A stretch of DNA of 64,000 nucleotides, taken from contig JBHGNT010000006.1 of NCBI GenBank assembly GCA_043228905.1, forward strand, positions 13,578,001 to 13,642,000, written 5' to 3'. Positions 34,752 to 48,211 of this stretch are shown in pieces. Numbering within the stretch: position 1 is the stretch's first letter; each line of letters opens with the position of its first letter. The notes under the pieces are model-generated. The model was not told where the DNA came from and did not search any database. It saw nothing but the letters and a program-made list of their open reading frames with translations. Source of the stretch: Azolla caroliniana. Its lineage: Eukaryota > Plantae > Polypodiophyta. A program made the translations under genes and the position numbers.

Positions 34752-37700
34752 TTAATTTGTCTCCAGTCCCACCGGATTCTTAACCGGAGCGTGCACCTTG
34801 CCGGCCTCTTGACGGTTTGCCGTCATTTTGTTCTCCCCAGTTGTCATTTTGTGCTCCTCCTTACTGGCTTTGTGGCTGCCGTTTTCAACCCAGGTTGCTG
34901 TATCGGTCGGCTTGCCGGCATCTACTTTGGTGTCGGCCTTTTGTTCAAATGGGTTCTTGGGCATGGGTCCTTCGTACGGCTTTAGTCGAAACCCGTTGAC
35001 CCACTTACCCAGAACCTCGCCGGCGAGTGTCCCTAACTGGTAGGATCCATTGAACTCGCGTGTGATCCAGTACGGTCCGGTCCACCGAAACCATAGTTTC
35101 CCCGACATCTTTCCTATCGGGTCTGGAACACTAGTACCGGCTTGCCGATTCCAAACATCTTTTCATTTCCTTTTCGGTGGCGATCCACAAACGCCTTTCT
35201 TTGCCGCTGCTCCAGTTCTAGGTACATGATACTCACTAGTCAGTGTTCTTCTAGTTCACACAGAGCTGCTAACCGAATTGCCTCCGATTCCTTCTCGTTT
35301 AACCGTTCCCTAATCTGAATCCGTAAGCTTGGGACCTGGAACTCTACCGCCATGACGGCCTCCAATCTGAATGCTAGCTGGAACGGTGTGGTTTGGATGC
35401 TTGTTTTGTAGGCTGTCCGGTAAGCCCAGAGTGCGCTGTGCAACTTTGTATCCCAGTTTGTCCGGTTTTTGTTGACGATTTTCCGAAGGATATTCTGTAG
35501 CGTTTTGTTCGTCGACTCGGGTAACCTGTTTGCTTGCGGATAGTATGGCATGCTCCGTTTATGCACCACGGTATAGAACGGCGTCAAGCTTTCCACCACT
35601 TGTCCGAGGAAATGTCCTCCTTGGTCACTTATTAGCTCGATCGGGCATCCATACCTGCACCAGATGTATTCATACAAGAATTTCGCCATCCACGCCGCGG
35701 TGTTATCGTGCAAGGCTTTGGCTTCTACCCATTTTGTGCAGTAATCTATAGCTACGATCACATACCGGTTGCTGGTTCTCATTCCCGGTGGTTTGAATGG
35801 ACCCACAAAATCTAGCCCCCATTTCTGAAATGGTTCTAATGGTAGTACCGGTTGGTGCGGCATCCTAGCTTGTTCGGTTGGCTGGCCCATTCGCTAACAT
35901 AGATCGCATTCTTTAGCGTACCGGACCGCGTCTTTCAATGTTGTCGGCCACCATAGGCTACTCTGCCATATCTTCCTTGCCGTAGCATCTCCGGCGTAAT
36001 GGCCTCTGGCAACTCCGCAGTGTGCTTCTCGTAGTATTATATCCTTCTCGTCGCTACGCAGCGCCCGTCGCCATATACCGTCCGCGCCTTTGTGGTATAG
36101 CGTGTCCCGTAATAAACAGAAGTGCCGGCTTTGTACCGCTAGGCATTTCCTCTCGTCCCGGTTCATCTCCTCCGGAGGCAATCCGGTGCTCAGAAATTGT
36201 TGCATATTGGTTAGCCACTTATCTTCTTGTGCCACCGTTTCATCTGTTGCCGTTTCCGCGGTGACTCTAAATAGCTCAGCATCCGGAAACTCGTCCGGGA
36301 CTCCGTCACCAGTCTCGCCGGAATCCAACCGGCTCAAATAGTCTGCTACTGTGTGTTGTATGCTGGGTCGGTGGAATATTTCGAACTCAAATTCCTGCAA
36401 CAACGTCCACCGTGCCAACTTACCGATTAGTGACGCTTTGGAAACTAAATAGAGGAGTGCCGAATAATCTACGTGGAAGGAAAATTTCCATCCCAGCAAA
36501 TAATGTCTGAATTTTGTCACACTATAGATCATGCCCAAAGCTTCCCTTTCCGTGGTGGAATAATTTCGTTCAGCTTGGGATAACTTTCGGCTTGCGTAAT
36601 ATACGGGCCGGTACCACCTTGGCTCCGTAAGTTGCATCAGCGCACTTCCGATTGCAATGTCGGACGCATCCACGAACACATGAAACTCCTTAGCCCAATC
36701 CGGGGGTTGCACTACCGGCGCTTGCGACAATAGTACTTTGAGTGCCCGGTACGCCTTGTCTTCGGTGTCGGTCCACTGGAACCGCAACATGCAGTGGTGT
36801 AGCTAGGTCCGCCAGATACCAGAGCATTCGGCTATGCCACCAGATTTGGCCTAAGAAACGGCTTAATGCTTTGGCCGTTGTTGGTGCCGGTGCCTCCAAG
36901 ATTGCTTTTACTTTGTCCGGGTCCACGACAATTCCTTCCTTACTCACAATGTGTCCTAATAGCGCCCCGCTTACCACTCCGAACACACATTTTGCCCGAT
37001 TCAAGCTTAGCCGGTAAGCCCGACATTTCTCTAGACATAGTCGGAGGTGCTGAAAGTGATCTCCTTCCCGGCTATAGACAACGAAGTCATCCAGAAACAC
37101 CTGCATGAATGCCGGTATGAATTCTCCGAATATTTCCATGATGATCCTCTGGAACGTTGCCGACGCCGTTTTTAGTCCAAACATCATTACTACGGCAACA
37201 AACACTCCCCATTCAATAACGAAAGCCGTTTTCTCCTGGTCATCGGGGTGCATCCGGATCTGGTTGTATCCGCTGAATCCATCTAAGAAACTGTATACCT
37301 CATGGCCGGTGACTGCGTCCAAAACTCCATCCGTAAATGGGAGTGGGAATGCATCTGTTACCGTCGCCGCATTAAGCTTACGGTAGTCGACACAAACTCT
37401 AATTTTGCAGTTTTTCTTTGGTACGACTACTATCGGGCTCAGCCATGTAGATTTCTTTACTAGGCGGATAAAGCCAATCCTCAGCAACTTGTCGATTTCC
37501 TCCTTGACTTTGGCGGCGTAATTTGGATTCATCTGGTACTGCCGATGTGCTACCGGTTTGGCGTCTTTGGTCAAATGTATCTGATGCTGATATAGTTGAG
37601 GATCAAGCCCTCACATATCCTCGTAAGACCAGGCAAACACGTCCCGAAATTCTTTGAGAAGTGTAATCATTGCCGTTTTGTTCTCCGGAGTCATTTCCTT

Positions 37701-38922
37701 GGCGATGTGCACTAGTCTCGCCTCTTCCGTACTTCATAGATTTACCTCCTCTAGTTGGGATGCTTTAACCCGTTGCGATACGGCCATTTCTCTTTCCAAC
37801 GCCAGTCCCTCCTCCGGATTTGAGAAGAATGTTGGAGCCGGTGGTGTTTCTCCTGCCGTCATGCCTATCTTGAGTCCTTCTGTGAATCTGGGCACTAGCT
37901 GCAGGAGCCATCCTAATGGCAGCGTGATTTGGCACCTACAATGCCTGCCATGTCGCATTTTCGGGCTGACTGCCGCCAGTGAGCTCTTCGGTATTTTCCT
38001 TTTGCTGCGCAACCTCTGCCATGTTTCGCGCATTCACCTTTTTACCCATTCCGTTGCTTGCTTGTGGATGGCCTCTTGCGCCTCCCATTCCGTCGCCTTA
38101 CCCTTCGATCTTGTGGTTACCTGCTGTAGGTCTACGACTTCGGCGACTACCATGTTCACCACCGGTCGTTTATCATAGCTCTTTGCCGGGCATTGATTAC
38201 TATAATGTCCTTCTTGTCGGCAATAGTAGCAGTATGCTTTTCGGGTAGTGCTAGATTCGACGTTGTTTCCTGCCCCCGGTGGAGGACCTGTGGTAACGAA
38301 GGGGCTTTGATCCGGTTGGCTACTTGAGGCGCCCTTCTCCGGTTCCTGTAGATGACCCCTTTTCTTGAATTGGCGTTTCTTTTTGTTCCGATACTCTTGA
38401 CGGGGCTGGTCATCATGTCTGCCGTAGGCTTCCCGTCGTTGGTTGTAACCGGGGGATTGGTCCCAATTGTATCTTTCATACCGTCCATTATAATCCCGGT
38501 ACCGATCATATCTATCATACCGGTCATAGTTGTCCCTGTACCGGACATCCTGTGCCGGTCGGTATCGCTCTTCTCGCCTCCAACGTTCTTCTTCCTCCTC
38601 CTTTGTACTCCGTGGTTCGATTTGCCGAACCGGTGGTGCTTGGCGATTCAACAAATTGTACTCACAGTGCTCCATTGTGTGGTTCTTGGAATGGCACAAT
38701 AGACATTGTGACTGCATGGTACATTCTAGTGCTGAGTGTTCGGCATTTAGGCATGTTGTGCATTGAATGGCCTGTCGAAACCGGAGATCCTCATCGGTTG
38801 GTAACGCTCGTTGGAGTGCTCCCATTATTAGCCAAGAGCTTGTTTTCTCCATTTCTCTAACCCAGTCGATGACCTGGTCGATGGTACTTGTGCGAAAGTC
38901 GATGACCGTGCATACCGTACGT
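34752..38922 (-). pseudogene. gag-pol: Degenerate gag-pol of Gypsy copy B
   Basis: FLDGFSGYNQI, FLDD, FVDASD, KWGLDFVGP and WTGPY motifs. Confidence 0.9.
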
Positions 38923-39797
38923 AGAGTTTTCTTAGGGATATCTGATGACCTTGGGCAAAATTCCTATCCATGAAGCAAGAGTTGGTTCCGGAATCTAAGA
39001 GTGCTAAGACATGTATTGGAGGAGTACTTTTAGTACTAACCATTACTTGAGCTAAGAACACATTGCTAACTTGCTTAGAGGAAATGGAACCACTAATGGG
39101 CTGCACAGATTTAGGGTTGTCCAACCAAATGGCTCCTATTTTGGCTGGACTTAATCGTTTAACTCTTCTTCTAGTTGACTAAGGATTTCAAATTTTTTTG
39201 AAAGGCTTGGGCTATTAGGAATATCAGACACACCTAGAGAAATAGACTCGGGTTTAGTACTATTAGTACTAGCGGTTATTTGATTTACCTGCCTTTTTGG
39301 CCGATGGAGACAGTTTACTGCAATATGCCCTGGGCCACTGTTAATCCTTAGGGCCGGACAACACCCTAACACAGGGTGTCCACTTAAGACACTTCACCAA
39401 AGGGTGTTACGGCGAGATAACTTACGACACAACGCTTAATTGGACCTTAATCGGTTACTTAACAATACGTCATTAACACGCGTAAGATATACAATAAGCA
39501 CAAAACGGTGAACAATAGTCAATGATTAAACAAAAGGTTTATATTACTCTTCGTTGATGACTACATTGTAACCGGGCCTTTATATAGGTCACCGGTGCGA
39601 AGTACAAAACGGTGCCAACCGGCACCTATTCGGGATCGGTTCGGATCCGGATCGGCATACGGATTCCGGTCCGTCCGTCCACATCTTCTCATATATTAAT
39701 ATATTAAGACTAGTAATTACAACAGATTCCCAAATAACAATTCCCCTTTTCACAGCCTGGTCTTGACGTCCTTAGCTCCTTTGCCGGCCGGGTAACA
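38923..39797. repeat. 875-bp direct duplicate of 30682-31556 (Tcn1-B PR/gag end plus Gypsy-B LTR)
   Basis: Collinear match with about 12 substitutions in the 416-bp non-LTR part; AGAG at the junction. Confidence 0.92.
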
Positions 39798-40701
39798 ACC
39801 ACCGCAATACAGACATAGTCGATTTGCCCTGCGTCGCTGCTTTTCTTCTTCTGATAGTGGTCCGCGACAACGTGTGGTGTCGATTTTTATTGAAGTCGGA
39901 GTATTTGTTGGAGATGTACTAAAAGACTCCCTTGGGAAAGGCTTTGCTATGATTGAAGCGTAGGTGGGTTCTGATCTTGTGCTTGGCATTTGGAACTGAC
40001 GTTCTGAATGTCGTTCGAAGAGGCGGTTATCGCATTGCACTACGCAACTGATTGCTTCTGTCAATGACTTTGGCTCTTGGGGGAAAGTTAAGAGTAAATC
40101 TTTAACATCATTACGTAGGCCAAAACGAAATTGCTCCATTAATGCTTGGTCATCCTAGGGAATATCGTTGGTGAGAAGACAGAGATCTGCAGCATAAGCC
40201 GAAGCTGGCCGCCCACCTTGGCGGAATCTCCGGATTTTGTTGATTGCTGTTTTGACACCGTCGGTATCTCCAAAACAGGCTTTAAACTCGCTAATAAACT
40301 CTTCGAAATTATTTAACAAGGGAGGGTTTTTTTCTAACAGAGGGGTGAACCATGCCAAAGTCGTGCTACTAAGTAGAGTGCCTACTAGTCCCACTCGTGA
40401 TGCATCGGTGGGATATCGAGTAGGATGCATTTGAATTACTAAACGTACCTGATTGAGGAAACCTCTAAACTATGATCGGGTCCCATCAAATTTTGTAGGA
40501 AGACCGATCTTGGGTTCTTTGTGAATCCCTTGACTGCTTGATCCTTGTTGTTGTAGTGATACAATAGTCACTTCAAGTTGTTGTACACGTAGCATCAACT
40601 CCCCGTGTTGTTGTTTTTCCAGCAATATTTGTTGAAGATCCCCCAACAAACGGTGATTTTCTTGTTCAAGTGCTACAAATTTCTCTTTTAAGGACTGGAG
40701 C
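39798..40701 (-). pseudogene. gag: Tcn1-B gag (N-terminal 15 codons at 47671-47714)
   Basis: EPKIGLPTKFDG, RYPTDASRVGL and CLYCGG, homologous to Tcn1-A gag. Confidence 0.9.
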
Positions 40702-41412
40702 TGTTACGGGCATGACCATTTAATATCCCGTGGTGAGAATTTACCGTAGTATTCTATACACGTGGATAAGTGTGAGGGTTAAACGAGAGTGTAAAGAAGG
40801 GTAGGATTACTTTTAAATCCTCGGGATTGAGACAACCCATTAGGCCAAGTGTGAATTTGCCTGGGGGCCTTGGGTATTGCTATAAATAAGAGGCCTAGCT
40901 ACCCTCATTTGATCATCTTTTGACTACATCGAGACTCTGCTCTTGTGGTGGGTCAACTCTTGTGGCGAGCGCGCCAGCACCATGTACAACTCAACGCCAC
41001 GGCGGTGGTATGGGACACCGATCGAGGCTCGAGTCCGTCTCGATCCCTTCGCTCGGGGGTGGTCGGGTGGATCGGCACCCTTCTTTCTCTTTCTCCTTTC
41101 TATCTATCATTTGTTTATCCTTATCTTAAGCTTACTTTAGTACCTAGATCTCTAATATTTGGTATCAGATTTATGTACTAATGTTTCTTTGTTTTTCATT
41201 TGTCTTTTGATTGATGGTGATCGATCGATGTGCGGTCGGCCTTGATCCAGACAACGATCAACAAAGAACTTCGGTAACTCTTTCCGTAATAAATTTTTTT
41301 CTTTCTATTCTCTCTTCTACCATCTAATCATGTGTTTAGTTTATATGTCATTTTTTTTTCATTAAGTCAATGATGTTGTAGTGGTCTTTAATTGATTATC
41401 TAAAACGTTTAC

Positions 41413-41675
41413 ATATGTGCATGAGGTCAATACCTCGTTTGACATATAAATAATATGTGATGAGTGTCGTATGCGTATGAGGTTAATACCTCAATTACGT
41501 ATTACGTTCACGAACATATGTTACGTTTGCGTATGAGTTTAATACCTTGATTTGTTGTAAAGGATATGTGTTTGATCTCGTATGCATAAGAGGTCAATAC
41601 CTCAATTGCGTATTAGGATAATCTCTTATTTGTGGATGTTTCGTATGCGTAGAGGTATATACCTCGATTACGTAT
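41413..41675 (+). repeat. Array of five hairpins (GAGGT-N4-ACCTC core), period about 56 bp
   Basis: Cores at 41423, 41479, 41535 (degenerate), 41590 and 41652. Confidence 0.75.
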
Positions 41676-42854
41676 CTTGATCACATCATTTGTGGCTATT
41701 TAATATAACAATATGTTTAATATAGGCATATGTGGTCACGTATATACGTATTTGATCGTATATATGTGATAAGTAAACATATGTGTATATTCATTATTAC
41801 GTGATTATATCGAAAGTTGTCCTTGTCGGGAAAAGGATGTTGGTGGCCGTCCTCACATTTTTGTGAGAATGGCGTTGTCACCATCCCTTTTTCAACAATT
41901 TTTGATTGTTGACAACCCCGTTGATGACCTCGATTTTGTTACGTAAAGAAACGCCTATAGCCATAATGATGTTGAGTACGTAGGGCTTGACCCACTTCAA
42001 GTGAGGTCGCGAGGTCGCTCCAATGACACACGTATCCAACATCCCTCCCTCGTTACATGGATACGATGCCACCATGAGCTCGTTCTTACGAGAGGCATAC
42101 GTGACCATTTGATGGGCCACGTGGACCTACTACGAAACGAGGGCCCATTTGGCTTGATCATTAGGTTGCACTTTGGCGTATGCCATCGTAATTACGAGAC
42201 TTGAGGTTAGGTAACGTACCAACATAGTTTTGGTAAATGAGGGCGAAATAAGGACCCTTGACATATATGTTCTTTTAAAAAAAAACATATATGATCAAAT
42301 GCCTCACATATCTCTTATACGCATCAAACATTAAGCATTCAAGAAGAGCAACTTACTTGGTTGGCTCAAGTGTTTAATGTATTTGTTCTCGAGGTCTCGA
42401 GTTCAAATATGACCAAGACCATACAACATCTTTGATACATATGACTATAACACATGTTTAGACTTAAGGTCTAAGTGCACTTTGGGGTCCTCGTAATAGG
42501 ACTTAAAGAGCCGAAACCACATATGTGGGCACCGAAACATAGTTTATGTTAACATTTTTTTCGTGTATAAACTATTCATGACGCGAACATACATGGTTGA
42601 GCCTCGGGGAACCACCATGAAAAAATCGATATAGAGATAAGGGAAAGACATTTATTTGTCACCCCCATGGTTTTTAAAACACCTTTGTGTTACCATAGTA
42701 ACCTCATCTTGAACCTCATCTCATACGTCTAGAGGGGTATTGACGTGAGATCATGATATCGATTAATGTGTGCCCATGATATGTTTACATCACGACATGA
42801 TGTTATGACTATCTCTCTGACCTTATCCTATTTCTTTTCCAAAAATAATCTTTA

Positions 42855-45800
42855 ATGGCTCAAATTAACGACCCGATGTCATCCGCTCAAGTGGAAGGAA
42901 CTCAAGGGAATCCTCTTGGACAAATGTCCACGGAGATGTATTTGGCACAAATAACACAATACCTTAGTTTCACCGCTCAACAGATGACCGAACTTCAGCA
43001 ATCTCAGAGTGCTCTTGAGGCACGTGTCATTAGTCTACAATGAGAAACTAATAGGCCTGATGACCAACAGGGTGAACCATCGTTTGTCGTTAAGCCATTT
43101 ACGGGAAACAAAAAGGAAAGAACCGAAGAAGCAATCTGCACGTGGTTGGGCCGATGGGAGTCTCATTTTGAGCTTTATCCCACGCCAGATAGTACGAAGA
43201 TTGCATATGTCGGCCGAGAACTCGGGGGTAAGGCCGCCGCCTGGTGGCGTGGGCTCCGTACTATGGGGAAATTGCCTGATACCTGGACAGATTTTGTCAC
43301 GGTTTTTAAGGGCCAATTTCTGCAACCTCCCTCTCGAACCGAGGCAGCACAAGCTTTAATGAACCTCTCTAGCAGGAAATTTTCCTCGCTAGAAGACTAT
43401 GTTCACCATGCTAGAACCCAAATCCAAAAATTGGGTCTAGAAGGGGACAATTGGTTGATAGCTTGTTTTGTCAATGGCATCCCCAATTCGGACTATCACT
43501 GGATAGTGCATGATAAGGATCCAAAATCCTTTGAAGAGGCCGTTGAAATAGTTCTTCGCTATCAACACACTTCGAAGAACCCAACGAAGCGCCCGGGACT
43601 AAGCAGTCGCAATTCGTTGGGAAATGCAAGACACCCAACGAATTCATGGATCGCGATTGTAAGCGACAACATCCTTTTTGCGTATTCTGCAAAAAGAAGG
43701 GTCATACAAAAGATCAATGTCGAAAGCTCCAACGGAAAGAGCACGACAACAAAGCTAAAGCTGCAGACCATAAAGGTCAGATTCCTAATGTCCTTCAGGT
43801 CTATACACATCATTTAAGTAATTGTCAATGTTCTTTCCCTCACTCTGTATTGGGCCCCAATGATTTACTACGTGCAAACGGGTATATCAATGGATCTCTC
43901 GTACAATTTTTATTTGATTCGAGAAGCTCACACAATTTTGTGAATGATCGTTTGGTTCGGATATGGGTAATCCAACCCACCGTAAGTGATCACACCTACA
44001 CGGTGCACTTGGCTGATGGAAGAGTACAATACATCAACGGGGCGATTCATTCATTAGGAATTTCTATTGATACTTATATAGAGGAAGTAGACTTCCATGT
44101 AATGAATCTTTGTACCACCGATGTAATACTGGGTTATCCCTGGTTTTATAATAAAAAATCTTCTTTATTTATTGATTGGGTTCGTCATTCCATTTCTTTT
44201 GTATTGAACGATTGTACGCATTTTATTCAATGTATCAAAAAACAATCCCTCTCGATTGTTTCCGTGTGTCCATCAATATCTGAGTTTTCTTGTTCTACGT
44301 TATTTTATTGTGTACTTGATCCGGACATTCACGTTTACAATATCGATAATGTCCCGGTTCAATTAACATAGTTTGAACAACAACAACTTGATGAAATCTT
44401 AAATGATTTTCATGATGTTTTTCTAAGTGAACTACCTGATGGGTTACCTCCTAAACGTAATATAGACCATCGTATAGATATTGTACCTGGTGTTGCACCA
44501 ATAAGTATACCTCCTTATTGCTTAAGTCGATCCGAAGAGGATGAGGTATCTAAGCAACTCAAGGACTATTTACGAATGGGTTATATACGTTATAGTAAAC
44601 CTCCATGGGGTGCACCAGTTCTCTTGGTTAAAAAGAAAGAGGGCACATGGCGTATGCGTATTAATTACCGACACTTGAATAAAATGACGATCAATAATTC
44701 GTATCCATTCCCCCGGGCTGACGATCTAATTGACCATCTCCAGGGAGCTCGGTATTTTACGAAACTTGATCTCCGTACTGGCTACCATCAAATACGAATA
44801 AGTGAGGACGATGTTCCTAAAACGGCATTTCGTACGTGCTATGGCCATTACGAGTTTTTGGTTATGCCTTTTGGTTTGACCAATGCTTCGGCCACTTTTC
44901 AACAAGAAATGAATGACATTTTCCGAGAACAACTTGGAAAATTTGTCGTTATTTTCTTGGATGATATTTTAGTTTATAGTCGTACATTACAAGAACATGC
45001 TAGACATGTCCGCTTTATTTTACAAACATTGCGTGACAAACAGTTTTATGCGAAGATCTCAAAATGTGAGTTCTTCAAGAAATCAATTACTTATCTAGGA
45101 CATCTCATAACTGAACGAGGAGTTGAAATTGATCCTTCTCGCATTGAGAAAATCAAGCTTTGGCTCACTCTTCGAAATATTCGAGAAGTTCGATCATTTC
45201 TTGGTTTTGTCGGGTTTTTGCGAAAGTCTCTTCGTAATTACTCCCAATTGATGATGCCGTTTATTGATCTTTTAAAAGGTCAAACGCGTAAGTCTACAAA
45301 ACCTATTGTGTGGAATGCTACACTAGACCTCGCCTTTAAGGAACGCAAGGACCTGGTTTGCAAGGCTCCTTCACTTCTTTTACTTGATCCTTCAAAACCT
45401 TTGGAGGTTGAAACCGATGCAAGCGATTATGATATAGGTGCTGTCTTGTATCAAGATGGTAAACCAATAACATTCGAGAGTAAGAAACTTGATTCTGCTC
45501 AATGTCGGTATACCGTTCAAGAAAAGGAATTATTTGCAGTTATACATGCACTCAAAACATGGCGCCATTATCTTTATGGAAATCGCTTTGTGGTAGCTAC
45601 GGACCACGAGTCCTTGAAATATTTTTGTGACCAACAAGACTTGAAAGGTCGTAAGGCACGATGGGCTGATCTCATCCAGGACTTTGATTTTTCCATACGA
45701 TATCGTAAAGGTTCCATGAACACTGTCGCTGATGCACTAAGTCTCATCCGTGAAGTTAACATGCTTAGCTTCACTGAAATAACATCAGATCTTTCTGATC

Positions 45801-47223
45801 ACCTTCGAGGAAAGTATCCTGATGACAGTTATTTTGCAAAATACTGGGCAAGAGTTGAGTTTGGAACAGACACCACCACATCCTCGAAGGAATACTTCCA
45901 CATTGCTAACGGTTTGCTCTACCGTAATGGGAAGGTTTGTGTTCCAGATTTACCCAAGGCCATGATGCACCCTCAGCAGGGCACCCTGGAATACATCGTA
46001 CACTCGTTCTCATCTCCACTCAATTTTATTGGCCTAAGATGCGCCCTGACATACATAGCTATGTGACTAAATGTCACCAATGTCAGGTTAACAAAGCCGA
46101 GTGACTTAAAGTCGTAGGACTTTACATCCCTTGGAAATTCCCAACAATAAGTGGGAAAGTATATCCATGGATTTTATTGTTAGCCTTCCTCGCACCCAAA
46201 AAGGTCATGATGCCATCTGGGTTTTCGTTGATCGACTAACTAAAATGGCCAGATTTATTGCTACTAAAACCACGGTAACAACTCCTGAATTGGCTTACCA
46301 ATTCGTTGACGAATTATTTCGTTTTTATGGGTTACCGATGGATATCGTGAGTGATCGAGATCCAAAGTTTACTAGTGACTTCTGGACGCAAGTCTTTAAG
46401 AAGTTAGAAACTACGTTGAGCATGAGCTCCACGGATCACCCTCAATCCGATGGACAGACAGAACGAGTAAATCAAATTATTGAGGACATGCTTCGAGCAT
46501 ATGTTGGTGCAAAACCAACAAAATGGGAACGTTATCTCCCAAATTTGGAGTTTGCTTACAACAGCTCCAAGCATACGTCAACGGGATATAGTCCTTTTAT
46601 GTTGATGTATGGTTTTCAGCCACGAGACCCGATTGATGTTAATATACATCACGATGAGTTGCGAAGTACGCAAAACTTTCTTCGGGATATTCAAGATATG
46701 TTGCATATTGCACGAGATAATATAAAAACAGCTCAAGATAGAAGGCGTTTTTATGTCGATCATCATAGGCAACCTCGTGTATTCAACCCTGGACAGAAGG
46801 TATTTTTACGTGTACCTCACAATTCTAAGACATTGTCTACGGTTTTGTGGACCTTTTACAGTCCTCAAATGCATTGGGTCATCAACCTATTGTCTCGCTC
46901 TTCCCGATGGTGTTGGAATTCATCTAGTCTTTCATGTGAGTCGTCTAAAAGAACTTCTAGGTTCTGGCGACAATACAATTACAACTGAAACTCTAGTTAC
47001 TTCTGAAGAATTATCTTCTAAACCACATGTACCAGAAAGAATTCTCGATGTTAAAACAAAAAAATTAAGTACTAAAGAAATCCGAGAATTTAAAATAAAA
47101 TGGATGGATAAATCAATAAAAGATGCCACATGGGAACGCGAAAATACTCTCAGAACTAATTTCCCTAACTTTCCATTGCAAGAGTGCAATGTTTTAAAGA
47201 GGGGGAGTATGTTACGAGCATGA
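42855..47223 (+). pseudogene. gag-pol: Degenerate gag-pol with chromodomain
   Basis: CVFCKKKGHTKDQC, FLFDSRSSHNF, FLDD, ETDASD, SISMDFI and PERILDVK..FKIKW..DATWE. Confidence 0.92.
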
Positions 47224-47790
47224 CCATTTAATATCCCGTGGTGAGAATTTACCGTAGTATTCTATACACGTGGATAAGTGTGAGAGTTAAACGAGAGTGT
47301 AAAGAAGGGGAGGATTACTTTTAAATCCTCGGGATTGAGACAACCCATTAGGTCAAGTGTGAACTTGCCTGGGGGCCTTGGGTATCGCTATAAATAAGAG
47401 GCCTAGCTACCCTCATTTGATCATCTTTTGACTACATCGAGACTCTGCTCTTGTGGTGGGTCAACTCTTGTAGCGAGCGCGCCAACACCAGGTACGACTC
47501 GACGCCACAACGGTGGTATGGGACGCTAATCGAGGCTCGAGTCCATCTCGATCCCTTCGCTCGGGGGTGGTCGGGTCGATCGGCACCCTTCTTTCTCTTT
47601 CTCCTTTCTATCTATTATTTGTTTATCCTTATCTTAAGCTTACTTTAGTACCTAGATCTCTAATAGGAGCTCTGAGAAAATAGATTGGTATTCCTGAGCG
47701 TTAATAGTTTCCATTTTACTAGGGAGGATAAGAGGATTAGTATGAAGGGAAGGAGGAGTAAGAGGGAAGGAAAGAAAAATCTGTTCAAAC

Positions 47791-48211
47791 TATCAAGAAT
47801 AGTACTAAGACAGAGAAGTAATTAGTACTAAAAGAAGGATTAGTACTAAGAGAGGTGAAGAGCTATCGAGAGAAGGAAAGAGTGAGTGAGAGGGAGAGGG
47901 AGAGAGAGAGAGAGACGATAAGAAAAGATATTTATTATGTGAAGAGAATATACAATAGTAGCTAGGAGGCTTAAGACTGGCGTTGAACCGATTTGGTTCA
48001 AAATAATGCCTTGTGCCTCATTTTATAGTGTTCTCGAGAGTACTCCTGAAGTTTCTAGAATGTTCTAGAGAAATCTAGAATATACATCCATTTTCTATAA
48101 TAAAATTTAAATGAAAATAATATCCTAGGTATTACAAAAGATGGTATAATGGTCAAGAGCTCGACCCATGTAGCAGAAGGTCATGGGTTCGAGTCTTGCC
48201 ATATCATGACA
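47791..48211 (-). repeat. 5' LTR of Tcn1-B, with adjacent self-priming PBS at 47777-47788
   Basis: PBS TTGAACAGATTT pairs 11/12 with AAATCGGTTCAA (47983-47994, minus strand), 27 nt past CTATAAAA. Confidence 0.88.

Larger units (their letters stand above)
31098..38922 (-). mobile_element. Non-chromovirus Gypsy copy B (related to 18072-28337); 5' part replaced and protease deleted
   Basis: 3' LTR at 31098-31556, ORF3, INT, RH, RT and partial gag. The EEG|LALEREM junction at about 37805 removes PR. Confidence 0.9.
40702..47665 (+). mobile_element. Degenerate Gypsy chromovirus with tRNA-iMet PBS and a 1.7-kb leader (non-Tcn1 clade)
   Basis: 456-bp LTRs at 40702-41157 and 47210-47665; TSD GGAGC (40697-40701, 47666-47670); PBS TGGTATCAGA at 41160-41169; PPT AAAGAGGGGGAG. 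Confidence 0.93.
16647..48211 (-). mobile_element. Degenerate Tcn1-like chromovirus (Tcn1-B) hosting three nested elements
   Basis: LTRs at 16647-17083 and 47791-48211; TSD CAATG; PPT at 17084-17096; coding pieces at 17076-18071, 28343-31097, 39798-40701 and 47671-47714, all homologous to Tcn1-A. Confidence 0.93.

Noticed and set aside
38828-39372. A separate third Tcn1-like element
   Set aside because: It is a local duplicate of 30682-31097 with the identical LTR insertion point.
41413-41675. CRISPR-like palindromic repeats with variable spacers
   Set aside because: The repeats are degenerate, there are no cas genes, and the array lies inside a eukaryotic retrotransposon leader.
42357-42420. 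SINE or tRNA-like fragment (TGGCTCAAGTG...GAGGTCTCGAGTTCAAAT)
   Set aside because: Single degenerate occurrence with no TSD or tail; too weak to call.
48142-48201. Functional tRNA gene
   Set aside because: The acceptor and anticodon stems do not pair; only the promoter-box spacing is tRNA-like.
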